From assembly GCF_018977255.1 (NCBI RefSeq), contig NW_024704745.1, positions 21,204,001 to 21,268,000 on the forward strand: a DNA stretch of 64,000 nt, read 5' to 3'. Every line of letters begins with the position of its first letter. Positions within the stretch are counted from its first letter, which is position 1. A model generated the notes under the pieces. The model saw nothing but the letters and a program-made list of their open reading frames with translations, was not told the origin of the DNA and did no database searches. Shown in pieces: positions 13,636-26,183 of the stretch. Both the position numbers and the translations under genes were made by a program. The DNA is from Callorhinchus milii. Lineage: Eukaryota.

Positions 13636-14727
13636 AGCCTCAACACAGAGGGAAAAGATCCATAATATGACTCTATATCAGCAGTGGTTTCATGTTCTAT
13701 CATTACCTCTGATCATGTAACCAGACCACACCACGCCAACAGGCTGAATAAGCTCTCTACGTTCCACTTCAGTGGCATCAGCTGTCACATCTAATAACCA
13801 TGAGATTACAGTTCAAGCATTGCTAGACATGTCTTCAAATAGAAGAGAAAAACAGTCTGAAACATTTAAGATATAACGTTTCTGCTGACCATTTTGCAGG
13901 CTCATTATTGAAAACTATGGAAAGCTCAAACCTTCCACATGTTGACACAGCATTAGACACCAACTTACTTAGTCCCAGAAACGCACGGCCTCCCAGAACA
14001 ATAATCCACACAAATTTCAAAACGGGTACAACTCACCCTGCTTTCTCCCTAAATATCTATACAAACTATTGTATCTACATTTCTAATGCTGAATTATTAA
14101 CTGAGAATTATAGCAGCATATCATTTCTTTGAATTTCTTTAAAAACTTCAATGCCTGGATATAATAACCGCGGTGACAATTCCGAGGATGAGGAGTGGGC
14201 AACAGATGGTTAAGAATTTGTGCAAACAGTAAGAATTTTTTCAGTTGTGCCAAAGTTGAAACCCGAAGAATTTCTATCCTGCCTCCTGCAACTACTAGAG
14301 TGAAAAGGAATAAAAATTTGAAATTAAGTTTTACGATTTCTTTAACTTAGCATTGAAAACTCCCTCTTATAATATGGGGATTGGGTGAGTGGGTGGGGAG
14401 GGGGTGGGGGGGAGAGGATGGTGACTACACGCTGGTTACATTTGTAGACAAAGTCAGATCTTCTCTAGTTTGACGTAAGACTTTTTTTTTAAAAAAACTA
14501 GAGGTCTTTTTCTTAAATAAAATAATTTCGGCCACTTTTTATTCCAGTAATTCCAATATTAGAACCACCTGAAAATCTCATTTGCTGGCAGGAACACTAT
14601 TCCTCACAAAGGAGTAACCAACCAAAATACAGCTAGCATGGCAACCAAAGTAACGTTCAGGTGTAAGTTGCTGGTTTGATGACTCTTTCTCCCACCCCCT
14701 CTCTTCCCCACTGCTCCATTCACCCAC

Positions 14728-14828
14728 CTCATTGATGAGCTGCTCCTTCTGTTGTCCACTGTGGCAGCTGTGTACTCCATCGCCTTGTGGAAACTGTCCG
14801 GCTGCTTCCTCACTTCAATGGGAACATC
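14728..14828 (-). CDS. SHROOM2: Shroom2 coding exon 5, 101 nt
   Basis: Acceptor ttttgaag|GAT; reads DVPIEVRKQPDSFHKAMEYTAATVDNRRSSSSMR, comparable to human EASVELRRQ. Donor AG|GTGGGT. Phase 0 in matches exon 4, and the length matches the recalled human exon. Confidence 0.85.
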
Positions 14829-15391
14829 CTTCAAAATGGTTGAAACAGGAAGTAAGTTGATAACATATTATTTGGGGTCTTTAGTTTTCCTCAAGCCACC
14901 CGGCACAGAATGTGAAGCAGACATTTTGGAAAGTCTGAGAGGTAGAGGATTTGTCTTTGCGACAGGGAGAACGACTGTTAAGTGCGCAGCTCTGTGCAGT
15001 TCACCAACATCTTTCTTTGGTTCTTATTCACCCAATACTTATCTGAATCTAGTTTGGTTTCTGTATGCATGTGCACTGAATGGCAGCTAGCAGCACGGAC
15101 AGTGCATTTGCTGCTTCCACCACTGTTTCCCCCTCCCCCCCGCCAGATGATAATAGGGTTGAGTTCCAGGCCTGTCAATCACTTAAGCCTGTCTGCAAAT
15201 GTTGGCAGTGAGGCCCATTGCTTCTCATTGAGATAACTGAATTAATGTTCTTGCTGTGCTGTGATCTTCCCGTTATAATTTGGGGAAGGCAGAATGTGAA
15301 AAAATATGGGCATGCACTTCCCATTAGTTAGCTATGGAAAGATATGGTTGCCAGACTGCAAGTCATTAATCGAGATTAATTGAAATGAGGT

Positions 15392-15662
15392 AAATAATAA
15401 TAATAATCATTGAGTTTGAAATTACACCTTTCGTGTTGGAAAATGGCATTATATCAAATGCAAGGATTATTTCAAAGCACTTTACAGGATAAACTGTATT
15501 ATGAAGGCAAACACAGCACCCAATTTGCACACAGGAATGTCCCACTTCATGAAGTGAATGCCCAATTTTAGCTGGGGGTTTGTTGGCTAGCACGCCTGTG
15601 AAATTCCCTTCTCGAGTCGTGTCATAAAATGTTTATTGTCCACCTGAACATGCAGACAGAGA
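15392..15662 (-). mobile_element. DeuSINE-like SINE remnants
   Basis: Body caatttgcacacaggaatgtccc...gtccacctgaac and tail fragments. Confidence 0.6.
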
Positions 15663-16189
15663 TTATGTTTTATGATAAATTGTTATCGTTTGATCCTTTA
15701 TCATATGATATCATGCTGCAGGATTTGGTGATAAGTATTCATGTACATGAGCAATTTGTTATCACAACTCTGGTATGATACCCATTTCTCTTAAGGAATT
15801 AATTCCCCATATGTACTCTAGATGGTGCACCTCACTATGACAGCTCTTTCTAAGGCTCATAAAAAGCTCATTGTGTGGGTAAACTACATCAGTTTGAGAT
15901 TTTTATCCTTCTAAAGTGCAAGGCAATTTGAACAAATGTTCATTTCCTCAGAAGCTTCCCCTTACAGCTCAGTGTGTAAAAGCATTGTTCAATTTGAACT
16001 AAAAAAAAGCAAGCAGTAAGGTTCCGGCTCGAAATGCAGGCAGTGCAGCCTTAACCAAACTGAGGCACTAATACAATACAAATTACAATACAATTACATT
16101 TGTATAGCCGTCTTTCACGTCGGGAGGACGCCCCAAGGCATAAATCGTATAAAGCATATAAATCGTATAATCATCCAAGTTGTACATGT

Positions 16190-16304
16190 GCTCAAGTCCC
16201 ATTGAATTTCTTATTAAATCCACAAGTTTGATGTAACTCACACTTTACTTAAGTCAAATTAAATATATGGTCCCAACTGATACCACTTATGTGAGGTTCA
16301 CTGT
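16190..16304. mobile_element. Possible Tigger/pogo-type DNA transposon end
   Basis: Ends in cttatgtgaggttcactgta; the reverse complement TA-CAGTGAACCTC resembles a pogo/Tigger TIR with a TA target. No partner end was found. Confidence 0.3.
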
Positions 16305-16451
16305 ACTGGATTCAGTGCGCCAGAGTTAGGGAGAGGAGGAGACAATCGGAAAGAGAGAAAAGACTGGAGAGAGGGACTTCTTAAAAATCTTTTGTTACTA
16401 CAATAGTAGGTATTAAAAAAAGCATGATTTACTCATGAAAATACAATTCAC

Positions 16452-19245
16452 CTGAGCATAGAAGTCTTTGGAAGGTGATGACCGGGATCTCTCATGTACG
16501 TACTGTATTTTTACAGGTTCCTGTGAACTCTGGTCGAGAATATTGTCAGCCGAATGGTACCTTCCAGAACTTCTAGCCTCTGAAACCTTCCTCTGCTCTC
16601 TCCAGGTTGCCTGGTATTCTGCAAACGTGCCCAACCTCTGAGGTTCAGGCTGACCTGCTGTCTCGTGCGTGCTGACATCTTTTTCACTGGGATTCACAAA
16701 GTACTCTTGCCTTTCAGGTAGACTGCTTTGCTTTACTACATTTCCTTGAGATGAACTCCTGCTCAGGTCCCAGGCTGGATCAGGTCCCAAGTCTTTGGTC
16801 TTGGGATGATCGGCCAATGCACTTTCGAAGCCCAGAGAGGCTGCTCGGGCTCTGCCTTCAGCAACAGACTGACCCGGCTCCTCTGCCTCAGTTGAGTGTG
16901 GCTTCCTAGATTTACCGGAGGCCAGCTCTCCCGCAGCACGCTGGGAGTTGTGTTTGGGTGACGGCTTGCTGTGCGTTGTAGGATGGCCAGTCTTACTGCT
17001 TTCCTCAAAGAACTTCCGTCTGTCTGCAAAGGATTTGAAATTTGTTTTCCTTGGTGGCTGAGGAGGCTGGACGTCCTCAGACATTCCCACCTCGTTCATT
17101 TTTTCCGGTTCGGAGTAGGATCGCAGCTTCTGCTCCTGAGTGAACCGCTTCCTGCCACCCACGCGTGAAACGTGGTGGCTGCCACCAACTGGCGGGTCAG
17201 GGTAGCTTTCAGCAGTGTCCAGAAAGGCTGACAGTGATCCATCTCGAGGACCCAGGGTGGAGCTTGCTGCACTGTTAGTGAATGCTGAGCACTCGGGCGA
17301 CTTGGGTCGATATTCAGTCAGCACAGGCTCCAAGTCTCTCCTCTTAAAAGAAGTTGCCTTTAGCACTCTGGCCTGAGCCTCCTTCAAGTTATCCTTGTAA
17401 GAACTGGAGAATGACCCGTCCGAAGAGGATCTTGAGTTACCTGTGGACTCCTCTTTCCAGCTTTCCACATCCTCCTCCAGTTCACCGGGACCTGCTAAGG
17501 CAGCAGCACTTCGACTCTTTTGCAGTTGTGCGCGTTTCATCTGGATCTCGTTCCTAAGAGCCGTGGCAAAGCGATCGCTCCGCCGCATCTGTTTGGCCAG
17601 CGACAGCTCATACAGTTGCTGCCTGACTGAACCTTCCATCCAATTCTCCTGAAGACTTTCATTTTCTTGTGTAAGAGAGTGTAGCATGGGCGTCTTGTGG
17701 GGGCATATTGCAATGCTGTCTCCATCTGGCATCCATGGCTCTTTCGGCTGGTGTCTGCTTTCACTAGATCCAATGGAGTTCTTGAAACCAAGCTGATGGC
17801 TGCATGATGAACCAGTGGGGTCTTTCCCATTGCTGTATGCACTGTTTCCCCACTGGCTTCCCTTTTCTTCATCCATTAATTGTGTTATAACATTATCTGG
17901 TACAGGTACAGACATCCTTGCTTTGCAAGTCTCTACCCTCCCGAGGCCGCTGTTATCATTAAGGCTGAGGGACGGCTGTTGGGAGTGATAGTACTTGGGT
18001 TGCTTCTGTCCCATGCTGGGTGCTGGATTGTTGCTGTCTTCAACCTGCCCTGGAGTAATCGCTGCTGCCTTGGAGTTTTCCCAGTAATCCACTTTGATCT
18101 GGGAAGGCTGAATGTTCACTGGTGGAGGCTGTCTGGAAGTAATACAGAAATACCTGCTCTGCCCAGCATTCTCAGGCCCTGGAGAAATTCCATGTACTGC
18201 CGGAGCAGTGGGAGAAGGGGTTTTAGTTGGCCAAATCTGGATTGGATTATAATAGTGGGAATTCTGAGTTGGCAACTCCTGCATGCTACTGCAATATCCT
18301 GAATGTGGTGGTTTGGATGGAAACACAGCCCGGTCACTGTGGTAAAAATTGCCTTCGTCACTGCTCTGGCGTTGGTGATGGGAAGAGTATGTGGGCTGAG
18401 GAAAGCGTATATCAGAACTCGACAGGGAATACTGGAGCCTGCTTTCACTTAAGTGTTTGTTGCTGTCTGCCGACGGGGAGAAAGCTGTATGGGGAGTTTC
18501 GCACACGTTGGTCACGTTGTAAGGGTTTTCCCTTCCTTCTTTCCCTCTGTCATTCACATGGGAAGGCACCTCTGCAATCCAACCTCCTCTGGGCTGGGGC
18601 TTACTCAAGGCCGAGTAATGTGGTGGGCCACAAACATCGGCAAACGCAGAAACGTGTGTTTTCTCATGGACCTTGGTGACAGCAAAGCTGTCGCTGCGGA
18701 CAGGAGGGGGTGGGGGAGGGGACAGCATCTTGGAAATCCGGTTCTCGCCAGAAGGAATATGCCAGATTGGTCCAAAGTTCGGCCGACCTGCACTGTGATG
18801 TCTGGAACTCAGCTGCTCATCCGGCCTCGGGCTGAACCTCTCTTCATTACTAACCCCAGGTGCCAAATATCCCTGTTTGTCCTCTAAGCCACTCTGGTTG
18901 CCCAGATTTTGGCTGTGCCTGCCATTGCCATGCCTTGCAGCATCCCAGTGGCCCATTTTATTCAGCATGTTCTCAGTAGAGGACGAGTTCTCATTCCTGG
19001 ATGATGACAGAGTATAGTCTGGTGTGCTGGAGCTGGTGGAGAAAGAGCTATAAGCAGAATCCCGTTTATTGTGCTGAGCGATGTGATCCATGCTGTTACT
19101 GGACCTAGTGGGGGATAATCTCTCCTGTTGGTAGATCTGCGGAGGCTGGTCCAGGCTGTCCATGCTGCCCAGAGAGCTGAACTGGTCAGATATACGACAC
19201 AGGTTTGTTTGGTCCCATGAATTTGAAAGATCGTTTGACGAGGAA
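16452..19245 (-). CDS. SHROOM2: Shroom2 large coding exon 4 (Ser/Pro-rich region plus ASD1 actin-binding domain), 2794 nt
   Basis: Open frame overlapping the 916-aa ORF 16413..19163. Acceptor tctag|T gives SSSNDLSNSWDQTNL. Contains KRDSAYSSFSTSSS, PPPPPPVRSDSF, the ASD1 motifs RRSDRFATALRNEIQ, YKDNLKEAQARVLKATSFKRRDL, RVGGRKRFTQEQKLRSYSEPEK and FADRRKFFE, and SHROOM2-type RLGTFAEYQATW and RSRSSPS. Donor CAG|GTGAAT; phase 2 in, phase 0 out. Confidence 0.97.
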
Positions 19246-20274
19246 CTAGACAGAAAGCACAGTGAGGATAGTTGTTAGAAGACTCACATTACATATAATG
19301 TGGAGGTGCCTAGTGTAGTGATTGCCTTTTGACGACTTTGTCTAAAATCACAGTAAACCTCAAGGGGCAATTAAACTACAAGTAAACAAACTAAGGGTTC
19401 CAGTTTCTCAAGAGTCGAGAGTTCTGTGTGAGGCTCCAAAATATCCTGCCTCTTCTTAAACACCTCAATTAATTATTTTATTATGGAGCAATTCAGTGCA
19501 AGTATTCACAATCCTTTGTGTAAAGAAATGTTGTCTGTTACAAATGTTACAAAATGTATCAAAAACATCCAGAATTGTGAGACTTAAGTCTTAAAGTCAA
19601 CGGCCAACTGTAAATTCTACCTTCCCTTGATGGTTCAATGAGTTTATGCAGGGAGCCGCTGAACTCTATAGATCCAGAAGATGCAAGACCGATTTCCGGT
19701 CCGTGCTGAGTTACATTTCAGCCAGGCAGCAGTGAGGGGGAGGAGACGAAGCTACTTTTAACCTCACTACACAATGGAAGGGTAAAAATAAATTTGTCAA
19801 AATAAAAATTGGACACAGAGAGATCATAACAACTTGCATTTATATACTGCCCTTCACGCAGGATATTGTCTCGGAGCATTGCATATTAGTGGGGGTTGGG
19901 CGCAAAGCAAGGGAAAAGGGGGAGGTGACCAAAGGTGCATTCGAAGAGGTTTGCCAGATTAGAAACAAAGATAGCATGGAGAAATAGGGGCAACATGTTG
20001 GAACAGAATAAAATGGTTTTAATTTTCAATTGAAATTGTGTTTTATGTGTTTAGTTCAGTTTCATGGGGTTCATATTTCAGTGTCAAGAGTGTATGGAAC
20101 AGAAAGAGTGCAAAATATTGCCTTGGACCCACCAGAAGCCAAGGCTTAATGACTGACAGTCAAATATCCCAATGTGAGTTTTAATCACAAGGGCCACTGG
20201 CGCTGAAGGAATTTGAAGGCCATCAAAAGCCTAAACTCAGCCGAAATGCAAGAAATGAAGGGTTGTGTACTTAC

Positions 20275-20406
20275 GTTGCATAATACCTTGAATGCCAGGA
20301 TGCACACACGCCAGTGTTTGACAGCTGCATCATGGCAGGCTCCGGCTGGCTATCTATGAACTTGGTTGAATGCCAAGAGTGAGGCCTACTGACTGGTTCA
20401 TTACGT
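20275..20406 (-). CDS. SHROOM2: Shroom2 coding exon 3, 132 nt (not in the ORF track)
   Basis: Acceptor gcag|A completes the AG|A Arg codon from exon 2. Reads RNEPVSRPHSWHSTKFIDSQPEPAMMQLSNTGVCASWHSRLYAT, containing the Shroom RPHSWH motif. Donor AC|GTAAGT; phase 2-2. Confidence 0.95.
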
Positions 20407-23400
20407 CTGCAATAGAGAGGCAGGTTCAAAATAAAATTACCAAGTGATGCAGAAAATAGTGAATCATTTTAAACCAGGGTTTTACAGCATTTCCTGCCAA
20501 CTGAAGACTCAGCTGTTCTGTTTGTGAAAAAGCACTCCGACATGTAGGCCAACAACAGCAACTCCAAACAAAAATAAAATCTGAGCTTCATCCAGCAATG
20601 TGATTTACTGGATACACTGGTGCTGAGCAAGCAACCTGCTCCCAACTAAAACCCCCAAGAATGGGGAGCAAGGCTGCAGGCTCCGGAAATGATTTTGTTT
20701 CACCATTAACCTCCAGTCAGATTGGTGCCTTGTCGAGTCTGGTGCATTTAAAATAAAGTCCCATTACAGTGTAATGCACATGCCATTTTCATTCAAAGCA
20801 CTAGTTCCTGCAAGAACTATTGATGGTCCAGCTGCACAAAACGACTAAACCTAATACGTTACACTTAATAAAAGCGCAGATAGGATTACTCCGTTTGACG
20901 GATCAATAAATCCTACAATAAAGATTCCGAAGTTGCTTTGAAAATTCAGCGAGAGTGCCTGTGATTCACATCAGTGTTAGTGTCCGCAAGAGGTATCGCT
21001 TTTCACTTAACATTTTTAAGACCAGCAGGTACTTGTTACTAAGCTGGTGAATGAATAAAATTGCATACATGATGAGAGCAACTCGAAAAAAACTAAGAAA
21101 ACATATAGAATTCTGCTGACGGGAAATACACTATATAAATGCAATTATATAGCATCATTTGTTGTTGTCCAGCTCTGGCAGTTTCTTGGATCCGGCCATG
21201 TGCAGAAGAGGACAAACTAAAAGGTGAGACTTTACAATAGATAAAAGTTATGGGATGTGGCTGAAAGGCACAACTTTCTATTTGTATTGCGAGCATTACT
21301 GGGGGCTTTGATAATTGATGAACCTTTTCTTAAAGTTAATCACAATCTAGTTTCTTGACATCAGTTACCATCTCTCACCAACACTAATCAGCCTGTGGAA
21401 AATACTGTATAAATACAACACACTGCAAAATAAGTATTTAGTTCCAGATTCATTGATGTTTTAAAGGACATTTGTCAGTTCAGCATCTTTATTGCCAAGT
21501 AGTCATCCCAGGAGCCAGATTCAAGATGCAGAGCTAGAGCCAGAGGGACTAAGCACCATTTCACACCAGTCATTTGAGATTTAGGAAATTATTCTGCTCC
21601 ATGTGCTCCAGCCAATGTGACTTTTCTGCTCCATTTGGTAAATTTCATAAGGTTTCCCTTGTACCTCTCCATAAATCAAATGCAATTTTAAAGTATAAAA
21701 ACCATGGTATTAAAGATGTAAATCAAATTATACTTTACAATTGCAATCATTCATTGTAAGCACACAGCAATAACATTGTGAATTTGTAAGATTGTGAACA
21801 GAACAGTTTTTAATCCACATGATAAAACGTCTGGGTGATTTTGTTTTTAATGGGACATTTTCAGATGCAATGTATTAAGAACCATGCTTGAAATGAGAAA
21901 TAATTGAGCCTGCTCCACTAACCAAGGCAAACTCAGAAATGAAACAAATTCTTCATTTTATCTTGAGGATAATTGCTACCACGTACAGTATACACACACA
22001 CAAACTTAGACTCAAACACAATTCACTATTGATCATAGCGTCACAAGGTCACAACATCAATGGTAACATAAATATTTAAGTATAAAAGGGAGACATAATG
22101 TATAAATAGTCAAGGGCTAGTCAGCCACCGGCCAATGGTTGGAGGTGGATGGTAGTGATAGTGGTGGTTGGGATAAGGGAAGTCATGGGAATGGGCATCG
22201 TTACCTCATGGAACTTCTCAAGATCTTCATCAGAAAGCTTCTCGCCACATCAACATCAGTCTCAGAGGGAATTTTCTGTGCTACAATATCCACCATTTTG
22301 CTCTTCCTGAGTAAGCCAAACAATGAGAGGAAGAAATTCAGCTGAGGAGAAGTTAAGAGACGGGAAAGGTTGGAGGGTGAATGAGGCTCCAGGTTAAAGG
22401 TCAGAGTGCGTTAGCTGCTGTTTAATAGAAGAGTAGGAATGTTAATTCAATAGCATTTTGAATGATGGCAACACAGGAGCTCTGAGACAGAAGCACATAC
22501 TATCCATCAGCTTGTATTAGGTGCTTGTTACACTGCAGTACACAGCACAGTGGTCCTCCTGGAGTTTACCCACTGGCAGCAAATTGTGGACTATCACTGA
22601 TAGCAAATCCAAGTCCAAGTCTGAAAGTGGAAGCTACCAGTTCAGCGGAAGCCCAAATGTCACTGAGAGAAACGAACCCTGCTCTGAGCAAAGCCCACAC
22701 TCTATCTCACCCTCTGCTGGTGGACAGATGTTATAACCACATGGAATCCAGGCCAGTTCAATTCCTGGACAAAGGCAGCTAATCTTCAAGAAACGAGAAG
22801 AACAACAACAATAAGTTGCGTTTATATAGCGCCCTTCACCCGGGGTAGTATCCCGGAACACTTAAACAAGAAACAAAGAACGTGCATTTTTATAGAGTTT
22901 TTTTCATGTCGGAACTGTGAATACTAGAAATTTGAGTTGAAATAGAAAGTACTGGGAAAGTCTTCCCCAATTAATAATTTGTGAAAAGCCAAATTGAATC
23001 ATCGCAACGTCAACCCATTTTCCCTGTCCTAACTTCATCGCAACGGCTAGGCTCAAAGCCACCATTGTCCATTCAGCCCCCACACAGATAACGGCTTCAA
23101 TAAACACACAAAAAAAATCAGAGTGAAGCCAGTCAAGTCCAAAGGTGCAGTGCTGACCACTCTGGACTACTTTGGGCCAACCATGCTAAAGTCAGGGGAG
23201 CGGTTACACCCACAGTCAGTCTGAACTGATCTACTGTACCGACTGCGCTTATCATCAATGATGTGATAACTATCAGTAGTGACATTTACTAGGTGACATC
23301 ATTGCAATTATCACCCTGATAAGACTGAATGCCAATGGTAAAAACAGCAGCTCATTTTGCCCGTGTCAGGAATTGTGACTCTTTACACACTATGAATGAG

Positions 23401-25429
23401 AAACGTTTGACAGGACATTCAAAGCTGTAACACATGCTCACTGTGAGGTGCTGATCTCAGGCACAGCGTCTGCCACCTCTCCATAGGAAGAGGAGAGGAG
23501 GGAAAAGTACAAGATTTCAGAACCTGACACTCAGGTCAACGCTGGATACCTGGTCAGCAAAAGCCCTGGGTAATGGCTTGGGAGCAGCCTAATAGCTGTC
23601 AGGCCAGAAGTGCCATGGAGAAAACAGTGACATTCAGTTTGAAAAGTAGCGGAGGGGGAAGCAAAATAGCCGTAGTGCATTACTCTTGGCAGTTGGGTTC
23701 TGAATCCGTTAATAAAATACTTGCATTTAACATAGCACTGTATTATATTATATCACGTCCTCCCGACATGAAAGGCGCTCTATAAATGGAATCTTGTTGT
23801 TGTTGTTGTTGTTGTATATTAAAGCATCTTGAAGAGCTCCACACAATGTATGACTTTATGGTGGGTGGTTATGTAGGCAAACACAGCAGCTAATCTGTGC
23901 CAGCAACAATATACAAACAGCATTAAGTGAACGATTATATTTAGGCTGCGTGTGTACCTGCTCAGCACCTTGGAACGTCCTCCCGACATGAAAGGCGCTA
24001 TACAAATGTAATTTGTTGTTGTTGTGTGTGGTATGTATGTGCGTGAGAGATAGAGAGAATGTGTGCGGTACCGTGCATGCACTTTTGTAGAGAATTAATT
24101 TGGGGGCTGGGAGTTCAACCGAATGTCTGACAGATGCAGAAACACATTGCCATGCTTAAAAGAGTATCCAAGACAAAAACTGAAATGTCATATATGTATG
24201 GAAATTTCCATTTGCCTGGTATAGAGTGTGCACTGTATCCCAGGAGGATTGCCCCTTGATTACCTGGAGAGTATAGGTACAGGTTGGCCAAACCTAAGGC
24301 TTGTGTGTGTTGTAGTCCTCGTAGAATTTACCCAGTTAAATCACTGTTGGAACACTGGCAACAGTCCCGCTGCTTGTTCAACTAGGGCCACCCTACCCGT
24401 TAGAATTTTGGCATGCAGGCGTGACAGCAATCCCTGACATTTTGTACGACTACAAACATTAATTATCTCAAAAACTGCTCCCACTGAGTAGCATAAAGAG
24501 TTAATGTTTATTGCAAGAATAAAGGCAATTTATAAAGCTTTTTATGACACCCACTATTACTGAAGTGATAATAGGTTTCCTGGGGACCTGTACATATATA
24601 AATACCATTTGACCATATGGTAGTGGTTAAGTAATAAACTAATCAGCCGGATCTGCCGAGGTTTAAGGCAGTTGGATTAATAGATCTTTAAACATCTTTA
24701 ATGTAAAGAGTAACCAAAGCGGGCCCCAAGTTGCTGTCTGCTCATAAATGCCATACGCAATCCCTCCACCTCTCTGTCATCGGTTTGCACTATGCAAACT
24801 TCACTTTTCCAATTAGATAAAAGCACAGTTCAGCAGGAGCTCACTTCTCTGCTCTCATCCACAACTCAAGAGCCTAGTCTGTGGGTTTGGAAAGAAGCTT
24901 GAGTATCTCAACAAGCTGGAAAATTACCAGCCCCTAGAGATGTCCTCCCGAGGTGAAAGGGGCTATATAAATGCAATGTGTTGTTTTTTGTTGTTGTTGC
25001 TGGAAAAAAAACACCTCCGACGTGAACTCTTTTCTGCAGAGATTTCCTGCACGTGATCCTGACAAGAGGGACCTCAGATCTGGGGAGATAACTAAAGCTC
25101 CTGTTCGTAAGCCCCGTAAGGAGAAAAGAAAAGTCACGTGGAGAGAGAAGAAAAGAGCTTAAACAGAATTTTTTACCCCCAAAGATCAGGAAGACTTACA
25201 TTATTTCCAAATCGTGTACATCAATATAAATGCTCAGGTCAGCTTTATATCACATAATATAGATTCACTTGTTTTATACACTGAGAGCAACCTGACCTAC
25301 ATTTAGCCTCGGGCCATATGGTGCAATCTACCCTGGCCTTAGGGAGGTGCAAGTTCATTGAGGCTCTGACAGAATCTTGCACGCCCATAGGCTCACAGGA
25401 CAAGTATTTATATCCCAGCTCACAACTTC

Positions 25430-25765
25430 CTAGTCTCAATGTTTAAAATAACAAAGAGAATTGATATGGTGCATAGGAAACAACTCTTCCCTCTGGCAGA
25501 GAATCACAAACAAGGGGACATTGCATTCAAAGCTAGAGCTAAGCTTATTAGAAGCAAGTGCAGAAAAGATTTCTTCACATACAGGTTGAAAGAATGTGGA
25601 ATGCACGGCCTCAGAAGGTCGTAAAAGCAGAATGAATTGAGATGTTTCAGAGGTAGAATAGACAGGCAGAATAAATAGATAAAATAAATATAGATAGAAC
25701 AAACTACACACACACACACACATGCACACACTTGGATAGCAAAGGATTTATAAGGGATACAACGG
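25430..25765 (+). mobile_element. CR1 LINE 3' remnant with (CA)n
   Basis: MFKITKRIDMV..QLFPL..RKDFFTYR, a CR1 ORF2 C-terminus. Confidence 0.7.
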
Positions 25766-26183
25766 AAAACAACAATAAGATTACATTTGTATAAAGCCAG
25801 GGAAATGGAATTAGAAAGGTAAATGTTGCCATAAAGTAATAAAATGATAGAGCAGGTTCATTGGGCCAAACAGCACACTGCAGTTCATACAGGGTAACAT
25901 TTGTGGAATTCCTAAGTGTTCCTGTATACGCAATGTGTTTGGGAATACCAGCAGGTGGTGCCTCTCTGCAGGCAGAGGTTTTGCTCCACGCATGACCTGG
26001 GTACTGCCATTTGCTTTTGTAATGAGGCGAGCTATACTAGTTTGTAAATTTTAGAGTTCTATATTATCTTGTTTCTTTCATTTTGTTTCTCCTATTTTAT
26101 CTGCAATAAATATCCAGACTGATCACCAAAAGCGCATTTAGAAACGCTACAAGTATTCTCCTATTGTTCCTGATCCCAAAAGC

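Noticed and set aside
1-14727. Shroom2 exon 6 and ASD2 exons
   Set aside because: No METSRSPSPQFAPQKL-like or ASD2-like translation was seen; these exons presumably lie beyond coordinate 1.
16763-18887. Overlapping and antisense ORFs within exon 4
   Set aside because: They are short, have no recognisable motifs, and are expected by-products of a long coding exon.
16413-19163. 916-aa ORF as a standalone single-exon gene
   Set aside because: Shroom2 homology extends upstream of the Met to an acceptor at 19245 and stops at a donor at 16452. The tail VNCIFMSKSCFF is intron read-through.
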